A stretch of DNA of 63,813 nt, filler included, from Octopus bimaculoides (Eukaryota): the NCBI RefSeq assembly GCF_001194135.2. It is 7 parts of 6 records of this genome, joined end to end, with 100 filler letters (N's around TTAATTAATTAA, not from the genome) between each part and the next. Parts side by side here need not be neighbours in the genome. Positions count along the whole stretch, not along the records: positions 30,408 to 35,089 come from NC_068989.1; positions 35,190 to 53,124 come from NC_068988.1; 5 more parts are not named here. One strand, 5' to 3'. A model generated the notes under the pieces. The model did not search any database. It was not told the origin of the DNA and was given only the letters and a program-made list of their open reading frames with translations. Each line of letters starts with the position of its first letter. Within the stretch, counting starts at the first letter, position 1. This document shows, one piece after another, positions 33,451-45,559 of this stretch. The translations under genes and the position numbers were made by a program.

Positions 33451-34639
33451 GATAGGAAACCATCCAGATTGCTAGTTTAATTTGCCAGGTTTACACTATT
33501 TATACTTGATATCTTAGTGAAGTTTAATAACTAAAATCATGAAATCATGAAATTTATAAATATATTGCGTGATTAAAAATAAAACTGTTTTAATTACTAA
33601 ACTGCTAAAAGTTCAATGTAATTTATGCCATTATACTGCTTGGGGTTCATGTATGTTAATCAATAATTTTCACACGCATTTGTGATACAATATATATTAT
33701 GCCTATAGAATATAAGTGTATAAAAACTGAGGAACCTGACATAAAAAAAAAGAAGTTTATGATAACGATATGACACATTCACGATATACATTATAATGAA
33801 ATGCACTCAGAGACGGGAAAAATGGACATTTAGTTTCCTATCAAGTAGTTTCGATGGCAACATTAATCGATGACGTTTTCTAAATAGAAGCAACAAAGGT
33901 TAATGGACGGAAGTGGGAAGCAAGAAAATTTGGAACACTCACCTATCTATAAAAAACAAAAAACTAACAAAAAATTGAAAATATAAAAAGTGGTTAATGG
34001 GTTGCGATTTTGCAACTGTCCTTCTATTGTTTATTTTTATTAATAGTATGTTACAAATGGTTTCGACAGACCAAAAAATAAACCAAGTTCAGAATAACAT
34101 TTGTAATAGTATTCTGCCGTGACACATCAAAGAGAATAATTCTTGAAAATGTGGAACTGAAAATGACAATGAAAATCAATTACATTTCGCAATCAGGCTC
34201 AGAGTTTTAACGAAACCACATTACCATTGCTAATAATTAAAATACGTAACTTCGCTGTGATGGTATGTGGGACCAGTATATCTAATTATATTGCTGCTCA
34301 ATGCAATATATATATGATACCATATAACCAGATAACGTAATTTATGTATTTTATGAGAATATAAATATGTAGTGCTTGTGTATCACCCTACAGCTTCATC
34401 GAAGCTTCAAAAATGAAGGGCAGTTTTAGTAGGGAAAACATATACATATGTCCGTATACACACAGACACACACTACACAAACACACACACACACACACAC
34501 ACACATATGTATGTTTGTATACATAAACATATCGTCAGTAATTCCTAAGTTTGAAAGACAAGGAAACTCTGTTATAGAGCAGTAGAATAATTAGATAACG
34601 GTAGTTATGACCGGTTTATGATTTTACCCAGGGTTTCAC

Positions 34640-35052
34640 GTCCTTGGAGCGCTTAGCTTTCCAGTATTTCTTCAGACCCTAAAAGCCGGCAGCGTATAAC
34701 CTCCCTTCAAATTGAAGGGAGTAAAGACCTGGTTGCTAGTTGTTGAAAATTGTGACGAAGGAGAGGTGTTAAGCAAAAGGGATTGCCTCCCTTAGACTCA
34801 TATCCGTAATTTGTTCTGTTATCATGTGCATCCCAAGATCTCAGTAGGATTCTTTTGAAAGTTAAGCAGGGTCCGAAGGCTTCCGTCCTGGAATTTAAGG
34901 TGTTCCTCGGGTCAAGGAAGTCCATTAATATTCTTGCCCGTTCAGATGTGAACAACTTACAATGCTTGCAACCGTCGTTGTAGGGGCCGGGGTTTTTTAA
35001 GATCTTCCATGAGACAACGTGTTGAGTTCTTTCGTCCTTCAGCCACCACACA
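34640..35052 (-). pseudogene. Penelope-like element 3' fragment (GIY-YIG C-terminal region)
   Basis: WWLKD...VSWKILK..GPYNDGCKHCKL..SE...NTLNSRTE.F..C resembles the PLE W.LK...WKI...Y......C.LC..EK...LN.RSE motif. Confidence 0.7.
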
Positions 35053-35199
35053 CAGATAATATTGCAAGTGTTTATATATATATATATATNNNNNNNNNNN
35101 NNNNNNNNNNNNNNNNNNNNNNNNNNNNNNNNNTTAATTAATTAANNNNNNNNNNNNNNNNNNNNNNNNNNNNNNNNNNNNNNNNNNNNGAGAGAGAGA

Positions 35200-35612
35200 G
35201 AGAGAGAGGCGCTGGAGTGGCTGTGTGGTAAGAAGCTTGCTTCCCAACCACATGGTTCCAGGTTCAGTCCCACTGCTTGGCACCATGGGCAAGTGTCTTC
35301 TACTATAGCCTCGGGCTGTCCAAATCTTTGTGAGTGGATTTGGTAGACAGAAGCTGAAAGAAGCTTGTCGTATATATATATGTATATATATATATTTATG
35401 TGTGTGTTTGTTGTCTGTGTCTGTGTTTGACACCCCCCATCGCCTAAAAACCGATGTTGGTGTGTTTACATCCCCGTCACCTTGTGGTTCGGCAAAAAGA
35501 GACCGATAGAATAAGTACTAGGCTTACAAAGAATAAGTCCTGGGGTCGATTTATTCGACTAAAGGTGGTGCTCCAGCATGGCCGCAGTCAAATGACTGAA
35601 ACAAGTAAAAGA
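35200..35612 (+). mobile_element. SINE family A
   Basis: Full head, microsatellite and tail structure. Confidence 0.88.
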
Positions 35613-36522
35613 GTATATGGGATCACCATTACTTTATTCTCTCCCCTTCTCCCTAGCTTTCCTGTATGACCCTTCTCTTCGGCATTCGCCATGATAGATC
35701 GCTAGCCACTACACATTCTTTTTTTCTCTCCTTGTTTCTTTCTGTGTTCCTTTCAGTGGAAGAGCGTAGGTTCGAAACGTTAAAGACTTTTTCACTTCCC
35801 GAGCGTTATACTAATACATCTGTTTGTTGTCTACACCACCTGTCTCCGTCTTTTGTTGTTTTTTTTTGTGTGAATTCTCCCTATATATATATATGCATTG
35901 TGTATGTATGCGTGAACATATCTACGTATGCATTTGTATGCCTATGTGTATGCGTGTCTATGTGAGTGACCCAAACCATGACACTATATATTTAAACGAC
36001 ACGTGTTTAGATGGTGATCGCGTTCAATACCATGTTGTACCGCTACGCAATAATTTTTCAATATAATCAAGCCAAAGAATTAAATAGCAAGTGTAACATT
36101 ACTGCAAACAATGTAGCAGCTGGAAGAAAATGCAGTTAAGATTTTTTTATACAAAGTTGCAACGTAGAAAACCGTGGAATGTATAGAATATCCGGTTTAT
36201 CTAGTAAATAACCGTCTACTAAAGTTCATTGTAGTCAAAATGGCGTTACTTCTCTCCTCAGCTCTGAGTTCCTCACATAAACGTAGTATGTGAGAGACAA
36301 ACCAAATGTTATTCGAGTGAGGAAATTTACTGCTCCAGACAAACTCTAAAGAACTAAGTAAACATGGATGAATGATATAAGATTAGTCTTCAATGCAACA
36401 CACATGCAAAGACACCAATATACACTCACTCGTACCCAGAGAAATGCACACATACACATACACATACACATAGTGCTACTAAGTTAGATTTGACCTGACC
36501 CGAAGGTGGTCGATGCGTATAA

Positions 36523-36560
<38 letters not shown>

Positions 36561-36562
<2 letters not shown>

Positions 36563-36760
36563 GAGAATATACAAATAATAACAACAGACGAGGACAGGTG
36601 GTGTAAATAACAAAAGTATATATTAGTATGACGCTCGGGAATACGGAAAGTCTTTGACGTTTCGAGCTACGCTCTTCAACAGAAAGAATACGGAGACAAG
36701 GAGAAAAACACGGAGAAAAAAAATAGAATAGTGTTCAGTCAACGGTCAATCATAATAATG
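36561..36760 (-). mobile_element. PLE-type repeat with a minimal hammerhead motif at 36651-36687
   Basis: UCUUU-CUGUUGA-A-GAGC(GUA)GCUC-GAAA-C-GUC/AAAGA. Stems I and II are perfect, and there is a single core change (A6 to U). Confidence 0.7.
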
Positions 36761-36959
36761 TATATACACATACACACATGCACACACACACACACACACA
36801 TACATCCACATATACACACATACATACATACATACATACATACATACATACATACATACATACAAACCGGTTCAATTTCCACTCATTTATTATTTTTCTT
36901 TCCTAAAATTTCCGTTGCTTCATGCAATCTCTTCAGTAGTTATTGACTCTGTTCGTTAT

Positions 36960-37385
36960 TGGAGCTGCGTTCTTTTTGTTTGTTTGTTAGTTTGTTTGCT
37001 TGTTTGTTTGTGCACATGTGTGTGCATGTGTGTACATGTATGTATGTATGTATGTATGTATGCGTATATGCATATATATATATATATATGTGTACGTTTG
37101 TGTGAGTGTACGTTTGTATGTATGTATTCTGAATGTTCGTATGTTTGTGTGTTTTGTACGTGTGTGTGTGTGTGTGTTTGTGTGTATATGTGTATTTGAG
37201 TGTGTACCTCTGTCTCCTTGTGTGTGCGTGTTTGAGTGTGTCTATGTGTATGCATGTGTGTCTCCATAAGTGTCCTTGTGTGTGTGTGGAGTGTACGTGT
37301 GTGTATATGGCCATGTGTTCCCGTCTCTTTTTGTTTGTGTGTGAGTGCGTATGTGCGTGCGCGCGTGCTTGTCTGTCCGTATTAC
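36960..37385. repeat. Cryptic GT/TATG simple-sequence tract
   Basis: Directly visible. Confidence 0.85.
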
Positions 37386-38265
37386 CTATGTACCTATCTA
37401 TCTAGTTATCTCTCTGTTTGCCAACATATCCATTTACCTACCTACCTATATATATATATATANNNNNNNNNNNNNNNNNNNNNNNNNNNNNNNNNNNNNN
37501 NNNNNNNNNNNNNNNNNNNNNNNNNNNNNNNNNNNNNNNNNNNNNNNNNNNNNNNNNNNNNNNNNNNNNNNNNNNNNNNNNNNNNNNNNNNNNNNNNNNN
37601 NNNNNNNNNNNNNNNNNNNNNNNNNNNNNNNNNNNNNNNNNNNNNNNNNNNNNNNNNNNNNNNNNNNNNNNNNNNNNNNNNNNNNNNNNNNNNNNNNNNN
37701 NNNNNNNNNNNNNNNNNNNNNNNNNNNNNNNNNNNNNNNNNNNNNNNNNNNNNNNNNNNNNNNNNNNNNNNNNNNNNNNNNNNNNNNNNNNNNNNNNNNN
37801 NNNNNNNNNNNNNNNNNNNNNNNNNNNNNNNNNNNNNNNNNNNNNNNNNNNNNNNNNNNNNNNNNNNNNNNNNNNNNNNNNNNNNNNNNNNNNNNNNNNN
37901 NNNNNNNNNNNNNNNNNNNNNNNNNNNNNNNNNNNNNNNNNNNNNNNNNNNNNNNNNNNNNNNNNNNNNNNNNNNNNNNNNNNNNNNNNNNNNNNNNNNN
38001 NNNNNNNNNNNNNNNNNNNNNNNNNNNNNNNNNNNNNNNNNNNNNNNNNNNNNNNNNNNNNNNNNNNNNNNNNNNNNNNNNNNNNNNNNNNNNNNNNNNN
38101 NNNNNNNNNNNNNNNNNNNNNNNNNNNNNNNNNNNNNNNNNNNNNNNNNNNNNNNNNNNNNNNNNNNNNNNNNNNNNNNNNNNNNNNNNNNNNNNNNNNN
38201 NNNNNNNNNNNNNNNCAGTATGTTGGAGAAGCAACTCAATTGCTAATCCCTGTATATTTATAATG

Positions 38266-38332
<67 letters not shown>

Positions 38333-38414
38333 TGTAGATATATTCGCCTACATAACAGCCTTTTAACAAATCTACCTGTGTATGTATAGACAGTGAGTAT
38401 TGGGGTATCACTAC

Positions 38415-40050
38415 CATCTATATGTATCTCCTATTTAGTACGAGGGATGTTTCATTTATAAGGGCGTACTTCTGTATTTGTCTGAGTATTGGGTCCTTCG
38501 GGTGCTTGGATAAAATGCGGATGTCAAATCGACCAAGTGTGCCTCCATGCTGGTCTTTGGCATGTTGGTAGAGTATGGAGTACTGTTTTTTGTTGTCATA
38601 TTGTCTGAAATGTTTATTTAATCTCTCCGCAATACTTCTAGATGTCTCACCAATGTATGTCATGTTCTTGTCTTAGCAAGCACCCTCTACGCACCTTATG
38701 CTGTAAACTACATTTCTAGTTCTACAGTTAATATCAGGGTTAATCTTACAAACCATGCAGTTTTCATTGGTGCATGTGGTATTCTCAAAGGGGTACGTCC
38801 TACATAATTGTGATCTGATAGAGCTCTCTGGTTTTGCAACCATTTTAATGTTGAGTTTGGTCACTTTCAGAGCTTTCCTAAATCTTCGGGCTAGTTCTCC
38901 ATCGGCTATGGCCTCTACAAACATCACTCCCTGATATTTGTCGGCCTTGTACCATGTATTCACTCTGTTTGCTTTGTCACAAACACTTTGTGTCCTATGC
39001 CAGTCTTTACCTCTATATCTAGGACAGGCACCACTGGTTTCATTACATTTGTAAGCGGTGCATGAAGTTCTGTATACGTTTCTTTGTTTCATAGAGTTCG
39101 CATAGATAGGACACGTTATTCATTATTCTAACTAAGCCTGCTATCAGTATGTTGATTTTCATGTGTGAGAAAGCTGAGTTCTTTTGAACAACATATTTAG
39201 AAGCTATGGGTTTCATGTAGTAGGAATGGAGGAGCTGCACCATGTTGTTCACAGTCTCTAACCAAAGTTCAGTATCAAGGACAGGGAGTCTGTTATTAGG
39301 GTGCCTAGTGGGGGTAATCTATAGTTACCTTGATACTTTGGTGGATGGAGTTAGTTACGTGTTGGATGCTCTCCATTATACTCCTCTCGATTTCTACACC
39401 CAGTTACTAGAGTTTGTCCTAACTAGAATATTAATGTCATCTACATACCTGCAGTAAAGCAAAACAGTTGTGGATTGTTCAGCTAAAGATTGCTTAAGTT
39501 TTCTGTCCCACCAGGTCATGAAGAGGCCAGCCACATCTCCAGCCACACCGACACCAATGGCTACACCTTGAACCTACATGTATAGTTTCCTGTTAAACTT
39601 TACTATATGGTTCTTCAAGGTGGTTCTTATGCTAGCCCCTATTGCATGTGCAATCATTCTTTTCCCTTGATTGCTGTTATCAGGGTCCTGGATGGGTATA
39701 GTTCAGCCACTCCAGTGCTCTGCGGTGCTTTTCTTCGCCGCCGAAGTGATGGTGGGTGGCCTTCCCCGCTGTGACCTACTAAGGTCATGGTTGTCTCGGT
39801 AGTTACAGTCATAGCTTAGTTTAAGGAAGAGGTCCAGTTCCTTCGTGTTGACTTCGCGGAACTCTACTTCACTCTCACAGATAAACTCAATGCATTTTCC
39901 CACAGCAAAATCTATGTCTATAGAAGGGTAGAGTGAAACTACATCCATTCTACCCATTACACAACATGCGAGGTCGATGGAGCAGTTGCAACTACTGACT
40001 CTACTGAGGAGATCCTGAATAATGAAGAATCCTGAATAATACACTGAGGA
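38415..40050 (-). mobile_element. Penelope-like retroelement remnant (RT and GIY-YIG endonuclease)
   Basis: MDVVSLYPSI, G.AIGVGVAGDVAGLFMTWWD, YVDDINI, NCRTRNVVYSIRC, YIGETSRSIAERL..H, ILRQI. Confidence 0.88.
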
Positions 40051-40189
40051 ATCCTGAATAATGCACTCTCTCTGATGAAGGAGGCAGTATCCAATTTTGG
40101 GAATGAAAATACCCTTAAAATCTATGGATTTTTGTGCCCCTGAAATGACTGTAAGAGGACTACCACCAACAGCTTATCTAAACAGGATT

Positions 40190-40338
40190 ACCTATTTTCT
40201 TGGATAAATACAGGTACCTCTCCTAATAAACAAAATTTATATATGGACCCACAAATTACAATTTTTTTACTCGTGGACCCCCTTAAAGCTTCTGTGGACC
40301 CCTGGAAGTCCATGTGGACCCCAATTGGGAACCCTTGA
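40190..40338. mobile_element. hAT-like MITE right end with repeated GGACCC subterminal motifs
   Basis: Five GGACCC motifs ending in TTGGGAACCCTTG, similar to a CAGGGGTTCCCAA TIR. Confidence 0.5.
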
Positions 40339-40344
40339 CTTAGA

Positions 40345-40715
40345 CGAATTTTTCTCAACCATTTTTTATCTATGGAACCCCTTTGATTCCTATTTTATTC
40401 TGGTAGGCCCTCGTAGCCATTCGATATTTAAAAAAAAAACTAGTTTTATAGATACTACTTTCAAAATTTCTATTTTGTTTTTCGCACGTTTACTTGCGTA
40501 GGTTTGCGATAGAAAACTTCGCGAGAGAACATGTTTCAGTGGTTGGAAACTTGTTAAACTATGTAGAACATTGGAGAAAGAAACTGAGCTGTTTCTTGCA
40601 ATAAATACATCTGAAGTAAAACTTTTTCATGGACCTTTAACGTATTACTGTGAGTTTTCAATTTACTATTTTGCCTTTGTGGATCCCCCATAATCTTATA
40701 TGGAGCCCACTGATT
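40345..40715. mobile_element. Degenerate hAT-like MITE
   Basis: TTCTCAACCATTTTTT start and GGAACCCC/GGACC motifs at both ends. Confidence 0.4.
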
Positions 40716-40855
40716 TTAAATCTACAGTCAGTTTTCTTGTATCACGTCAATTTATTTTTTCCTACAGCTTACTCCCTGAATAAGCACAATTGTATTGTTC
40801 ACTCGTAAGTAGTAGGGCTAGCCAGTTGCTTTTATTATTTCATTGATAACTAAAG

Positions 40856-41050
40856 CAGCGAGCTGGTCAGAACCGTTAGCACGCCGGGCGAAATGCTTAG
40901 CGGTATTTCGTCTGCCGCTACGTTCTGAGTTCAAATTCCATCGAGGTCGACTTTGCCTTTCATCCTTTCGGGATCGACTAAATAAGTACCAGTAATCGAC
41001 TTAATCCCTTTCCCCAAATTTGAGGCCTTGTGCTTCCAGTAGAAAGGATT
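40856..41050 (+). mobile_element. SINE family B
   Basis: CpG-rich near-consensus head and core, with the AGTAGAAAGGATTA tail variant. Confidence 0.88.
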
Positions 41051-41670
41051 ACTTCATTGATGATAACTATTCAAAACGGGTCACGTTTCAAACAAAAGAG
41101 GTTCGGAAAAAATAAATAATCCGAAGAAATTAAACGATGAAGCCTTCACGGGAACGCTGGATCTGCTAGAAATAATAACGGAAGAGTCCTCAAGATATGA
41201 ATAAAAGAAGGGTGCATTGCAATACGTAGCCCTTAATACACCATCCCTAAAAGCAAGATGGAATGACCAAGGATCGAACGTATGCTCGATGAAAGATGAC
41301 GTTGTTAAACAACAACAGCAACAATAGCAACAACAACAGCGACAACAACGACACCATCAACAGCTTATTTATAGATAGGTAAACAAGTAAAGAAGTTTCC
41401 ACACGGCCACTTGACATGCTAGAAATAGCAGCCTTTTCTCCCTCACGTAACAGTCTAACGTCGTAAGAAACCGGCGGGCGCATGGAACATTGCCTTCATA
41501 GACATCAATCATGAATTTTTTGTTGCCACGTATGGAATGCCTTTGATTATAGATTTACTGAACTAGAACTGACTTGAGGTTAAAATACAATAACTTGGTT
41601 GCAAGCAATGTCTTGCAAGTTTGGATAAGTTCGTATGAAATAGTGAAGAGGGGGACTGTCAGAGAGAGGA

Positions 41671-41740
<70 letters not shown>

Positions 41741-42378
41741 TGATTGATTTAATCAACTTTATAAACTTCACTCATCGTGTATAAATTTTTACCGACACAG
41801 TAGCACTGGGTTTCTACGGAGAGCAGTTCCAATTTTTGCCTTTGGCTTAAGAAACTTGTAATTCTTTGAAATTCCACTTTATTTCTCATTTTCTTTGGCA
41901 GAACCATGCTTTCTAGGCTATCTGACTTTCCGCTACTCTAGGGTTATCAGATAAATCCATTCGTTCACTCGTTTTATTTAAAAAAATTTGTTCTACTCAA
42001 CACTTAAACACGATATGTCTGAAAAGTTGTTAAATTTATTCAGATTTCAAAAATTTTAAACAAAACTCATAGAGAAGTATGTGATCTACATGTCATTGTG
42101 ATCTACAGAAATTTAAACCTAGACTACTTGTGATCTTTCAATGGGCTCAGGACTAAAAGTGTTTAAATCATAAAAGTTTTTTTGGTTTAAATACCAAACC
42201 AACCGGAAGTCGAGTAAAAAAATGAATTTTAAATGTAGATCAAAAAGTCGGTGCAGATCACAAACTATATGATTTGAACTAATATAAATCACAAGCTATA
42301 CCAAAAATATGTATGTAGATAACATACTACACCGGCATCAATAAATAAATAAATAAATAAACATATTTCTGTTATGTG

Positions 42379-42780
42379 CGGGAGTGGCTGTGTAGTAAGA
42401 AGCTAGCTTCCCAAAAACGCTTCTGGTTCAGTCCTACTGCGTGACAGCCTGGGCAAGTGTTTTCCACGATTGTTCTGGGCCGACCAAAGCCTTGTGAGTG
42501 GATTTGGTTGCCGGAAACTGAAAGAAGCCCGTCATATGCATATATATATGTGTGTGTGTGTGTGTCTTTGTGTTTGTTCCCCACCACTGCTTGACAACCG
42601 GTGTTGGTGTGTTTACATCCGCGTAACTTAACAGTTCGGCAAAAGATAGAATAAGGAGAGACTGATAGAATAAGTACTAGGCCTAAGAAAAGTCCTGGAG
42701 ACGATTTGTTCGACTAAGACCCTTCAAAAGAGTGCTCCAGCAAGGCCGCCGCAGTCAAATGACTGAAACAAGTAAAAGAT
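42379..42780 (+). mobile_element. SINE family A
   Basis: Head, microsatellite and tail structure. Confidence 0.85.
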
Positions 42781-43079
42781 AAATAACATTGAAAAGCATT
42801 AAGATGAATGAACTCCCCACTAACCAAAATATGAACGATAGCCTTTGACCCCTGGAGCTGTTTGGTTTCGCAACTCCGCCGCTCAGCGTCTCCCTGCCCC
42901 ACTACCAACATCACCTCCATTTCTAGTCTGAACTTGTTTGTCTCTCTAGCTCTTGTCACTCTTGCTGTGTCCACCACCCGTCTGTGGCCCTGAATTCACC
43001 ACTCCATTCCAGTCCTTCCCATCAGAGCATTATCCCTCTGGAATCTTCCTCTTGCTCATGTTTTTCCTCCGACAGTTTG

Positions 43080-43283
43080 AGCAGGCAGAATCATTAGCAG
43101 GCTGGGCAAAATGCTTAGCGGCATTTCGTCTGTCTTTACGTTGTGGGTTCAAATTCCGACGAGATTCACTTTGCTTTTCATCCTTTCGGAGTCGATAAAA
43201 TAAATACCAGTTGAGTATTGGGGTTGATGTAATCTACTAGTGCCCCCACCCAAAATTCAGGCCTTGTGCCTGTAGTAGAAAGG

Positions 43284-43320
<37 letters not shown>
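43080..43320 (+). mobile_element. SINE family B with an (ATT)n tail
   Basis: Matches 40856-41050. Confidence 0.85.
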
Positions 43321-43340
<20 letters not shown>

Positions 43341-43830
43341 GGGAGAGCAGTATATGCCATCAAAGTGACACCAGGGTAAAATATACGAAGCCCAGTATAA
43401 CCATCATGATTACCTGTCTGATAAGGGTACACCAGGCACATGCATCACAATCATATGTGCGCGACCTAGTGATCTCATATCAAGATAAACAGCACATGAC
43501 CTTGCAGGTGGGGGCCCAGTTAGAATTTTCTTCAGATTGAGTAGCCCCTCCCGCTAAAACACCCATATTTCCAAAGGTGAACTATCTAAACCCCATAGAA
43601 TTCCTCTCAACACATGGCTATGATGCTCCCCACTACTTCTGTTCGTGATCAGAGATGCTTATATCGTCAGCCACCGAGGGACATGACAAGCAAATCTGTG
43701 GTATTGAGCAGAATATTAGCTGTAGCCCATCTTTTATACTAAGACAAAACAATGTACATGATAACACTTCCAATCAGTTAATATCAGAAGCCATGAGAGC
43801 CAGTGGTTGGTACAGCATCCGGACATTTAT
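43321..43830 (-). mobile_element. Composite SINE-like repeat, inverted relative to 44895-45510
   Basis: Blocks are reverse complements of blocks in 44895-45510. Confidence 0.75.
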
Positions 43831-43834
43831 TATT

Positions 43835-44205
43835 ATTATTTTTTTTTTTCTTCTTTCTTCAAATTTTCTTCCATTTCTTGCCGAGTGTTTTCCATACACC
43901 TAGGGCAGAGAAACTCATTGTATGCATTCCCAGTTTACACACGCAAATTCACAGGTAAAATAAATTTAAAAAAAAAATAATAGATAAATAAATTCATGGA
44001 TGGATGTTGTTTTCACAGCGATAATGCTCTTCTCAGTACATGAGTCGTTCCAGTTAACACGATTTTTTGCATTTCCTGTAGGGATGGTAAGCCTGGTATC
44101 ATTTTCAAATAGGTTTCAGTACCTTTTTTTGTCATCCCTAGAGATCCTACAGTCACTGGTACGGTAGTCGCCTTGAGGTGCCACCTTTTTTCAATTTCTA
44201 TTAGC
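43835..44205 (-). mobile_element. 5'-truncated R4/Dong-like non-LTR element embedded in (AAT)n
   Basis: IEIEKRWHLKATTVPVTVGSLG...PGLPSLQEMQKIVLTGTTHVLRRALSL*. There are AAT repeats at both ends. Confidence 0.8.
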
Positions 44206-44270
<65 letters not shown>

Positions 44271-44894
44271 TACACCAATACAACTAACCGCCGAATTATA
44301 TTCGCAAAAGCGGATCTTCATCTGATATGCCACTCATTTAAGCAAGGACTTTCATAGAGGTGTATAAAACGAATATCCGTGTTGATATTATTTTTGATTT
44401 CATGTTATAATATTATTTATTTATTTGTTTGTTTGCATATTAAAGCGTTTTTGCTGTCAATTAAAATCCAGCACTTACCACACTTCTGTTTGCATTCTTC
44501 GGGAATATCGACTTTTATCACGAGAGTAGACGCTTGAAACCGAATACAGAAAGAATTGTTACTAACGCTTCTCCTTGCGTCCTCTACCACTACTACTACT
44601 ACAACCGCCGCCACCACCACGTCTACTGCTCGTATTACTAGTAGCTTTCTGTGATTTTTTTCCTCCCTCTTTTTCTTCTTGGTTATTTATTTGCATGCAA
44701 ACAAATAACAGATGCAGCTTATGTAACTGCCCAATCGGTAGTTAAGCAAAGCGGATCTTTAAAAAGACATACGTATGTAGTATAAAGAGCAAGTGACAGA
44801 GAGAAGTGAGTGAGTGGGTGAGTGAGAGATAGGAGGTAGGGAGGGAGGGAGAAGAAGAGGATGTTTGGATGTTGCTGCTGCTGCTGATGATGAT

Positions 44895-45510
44895 AAATGC
44901 CCTGATGCAGTACCAACCACTGGCTCTCATGGCTTCTAATCTTAACTGACTGGAAGTATTATCAAGTACATGTTTTGTTTTCACATAAAAGATGAGCCAC
45001 AGCAAATATTTTGTTCCCGACCACAAATTTACTTGTCAGTTGTTTGACCTTAACCAGTTGGTAGCTGACGATATGTGCATCTCTGATCACGAGCAGATGT
45101 AGTGAGGGATCATCATAACAATGTGTTGAGAGGAATTCTTTGGGGTTTGAATAATTCACCTCTGGAAATATGGATGTTTTCTTCTTCATCTTTAAACAAG
45201 CCTTATTCAGGGACCTTTTAAGCAGGATAGACAACACGACATAAAGAAAATTCTCGCTGGGTCAACCTGCAATATGAGCATCTCTGATCACGAGCAGAAG
45301 TAGTGGGGGAGCATCATAGCCATGTGTTGAGAGGAATTCTATGGGGTTTAGATAGTTATGAGACCACCATGGGGTTTATCTTGATATGAGACCACCATGT
45401 CGCGCACATATGGTTGTGATTGATGTAACCTTATCAGAAGGGTAGTCATGATGGATATATTGGGCTTAGTATATTTGTACTCCAGTGTCACTTTGATGGC
45501 ATGCATTGAT
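44895..45510 (+). mobile_element. Composite SINE-like repeat with an internal duplication
   Basis: The CTCTGATCACGAGCAGA...GAGAGGAATTC block occurs twice (about 45080 and 45280). Confidence 0.75.
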
Positions 45511-45559
45511 CTCTCACTCAATAATGATAATGATATTTTCTTTATTAACCACTGAAGGT

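Noticed and set aside
34610-34680. Hammerhead downstream of the PLE fragment (CUGAAGA...GAAACCCUGGGUA)
   Set aside because: Stem III and the GUA site fit, but stem I and the base of stem II do not pair.
40068-40100. CTGATGAAGGAGGCAGTATCC as a hammerhead
   Set aside because: CUGAUGA and a short stem are present, but no GAAA follows.
40856-40945. tRNA genes at SINE heads
   Set aside because: A/B-box-like motifs are present, but the heads run into SINE bodies and I could not fold a complete cloverleaf.
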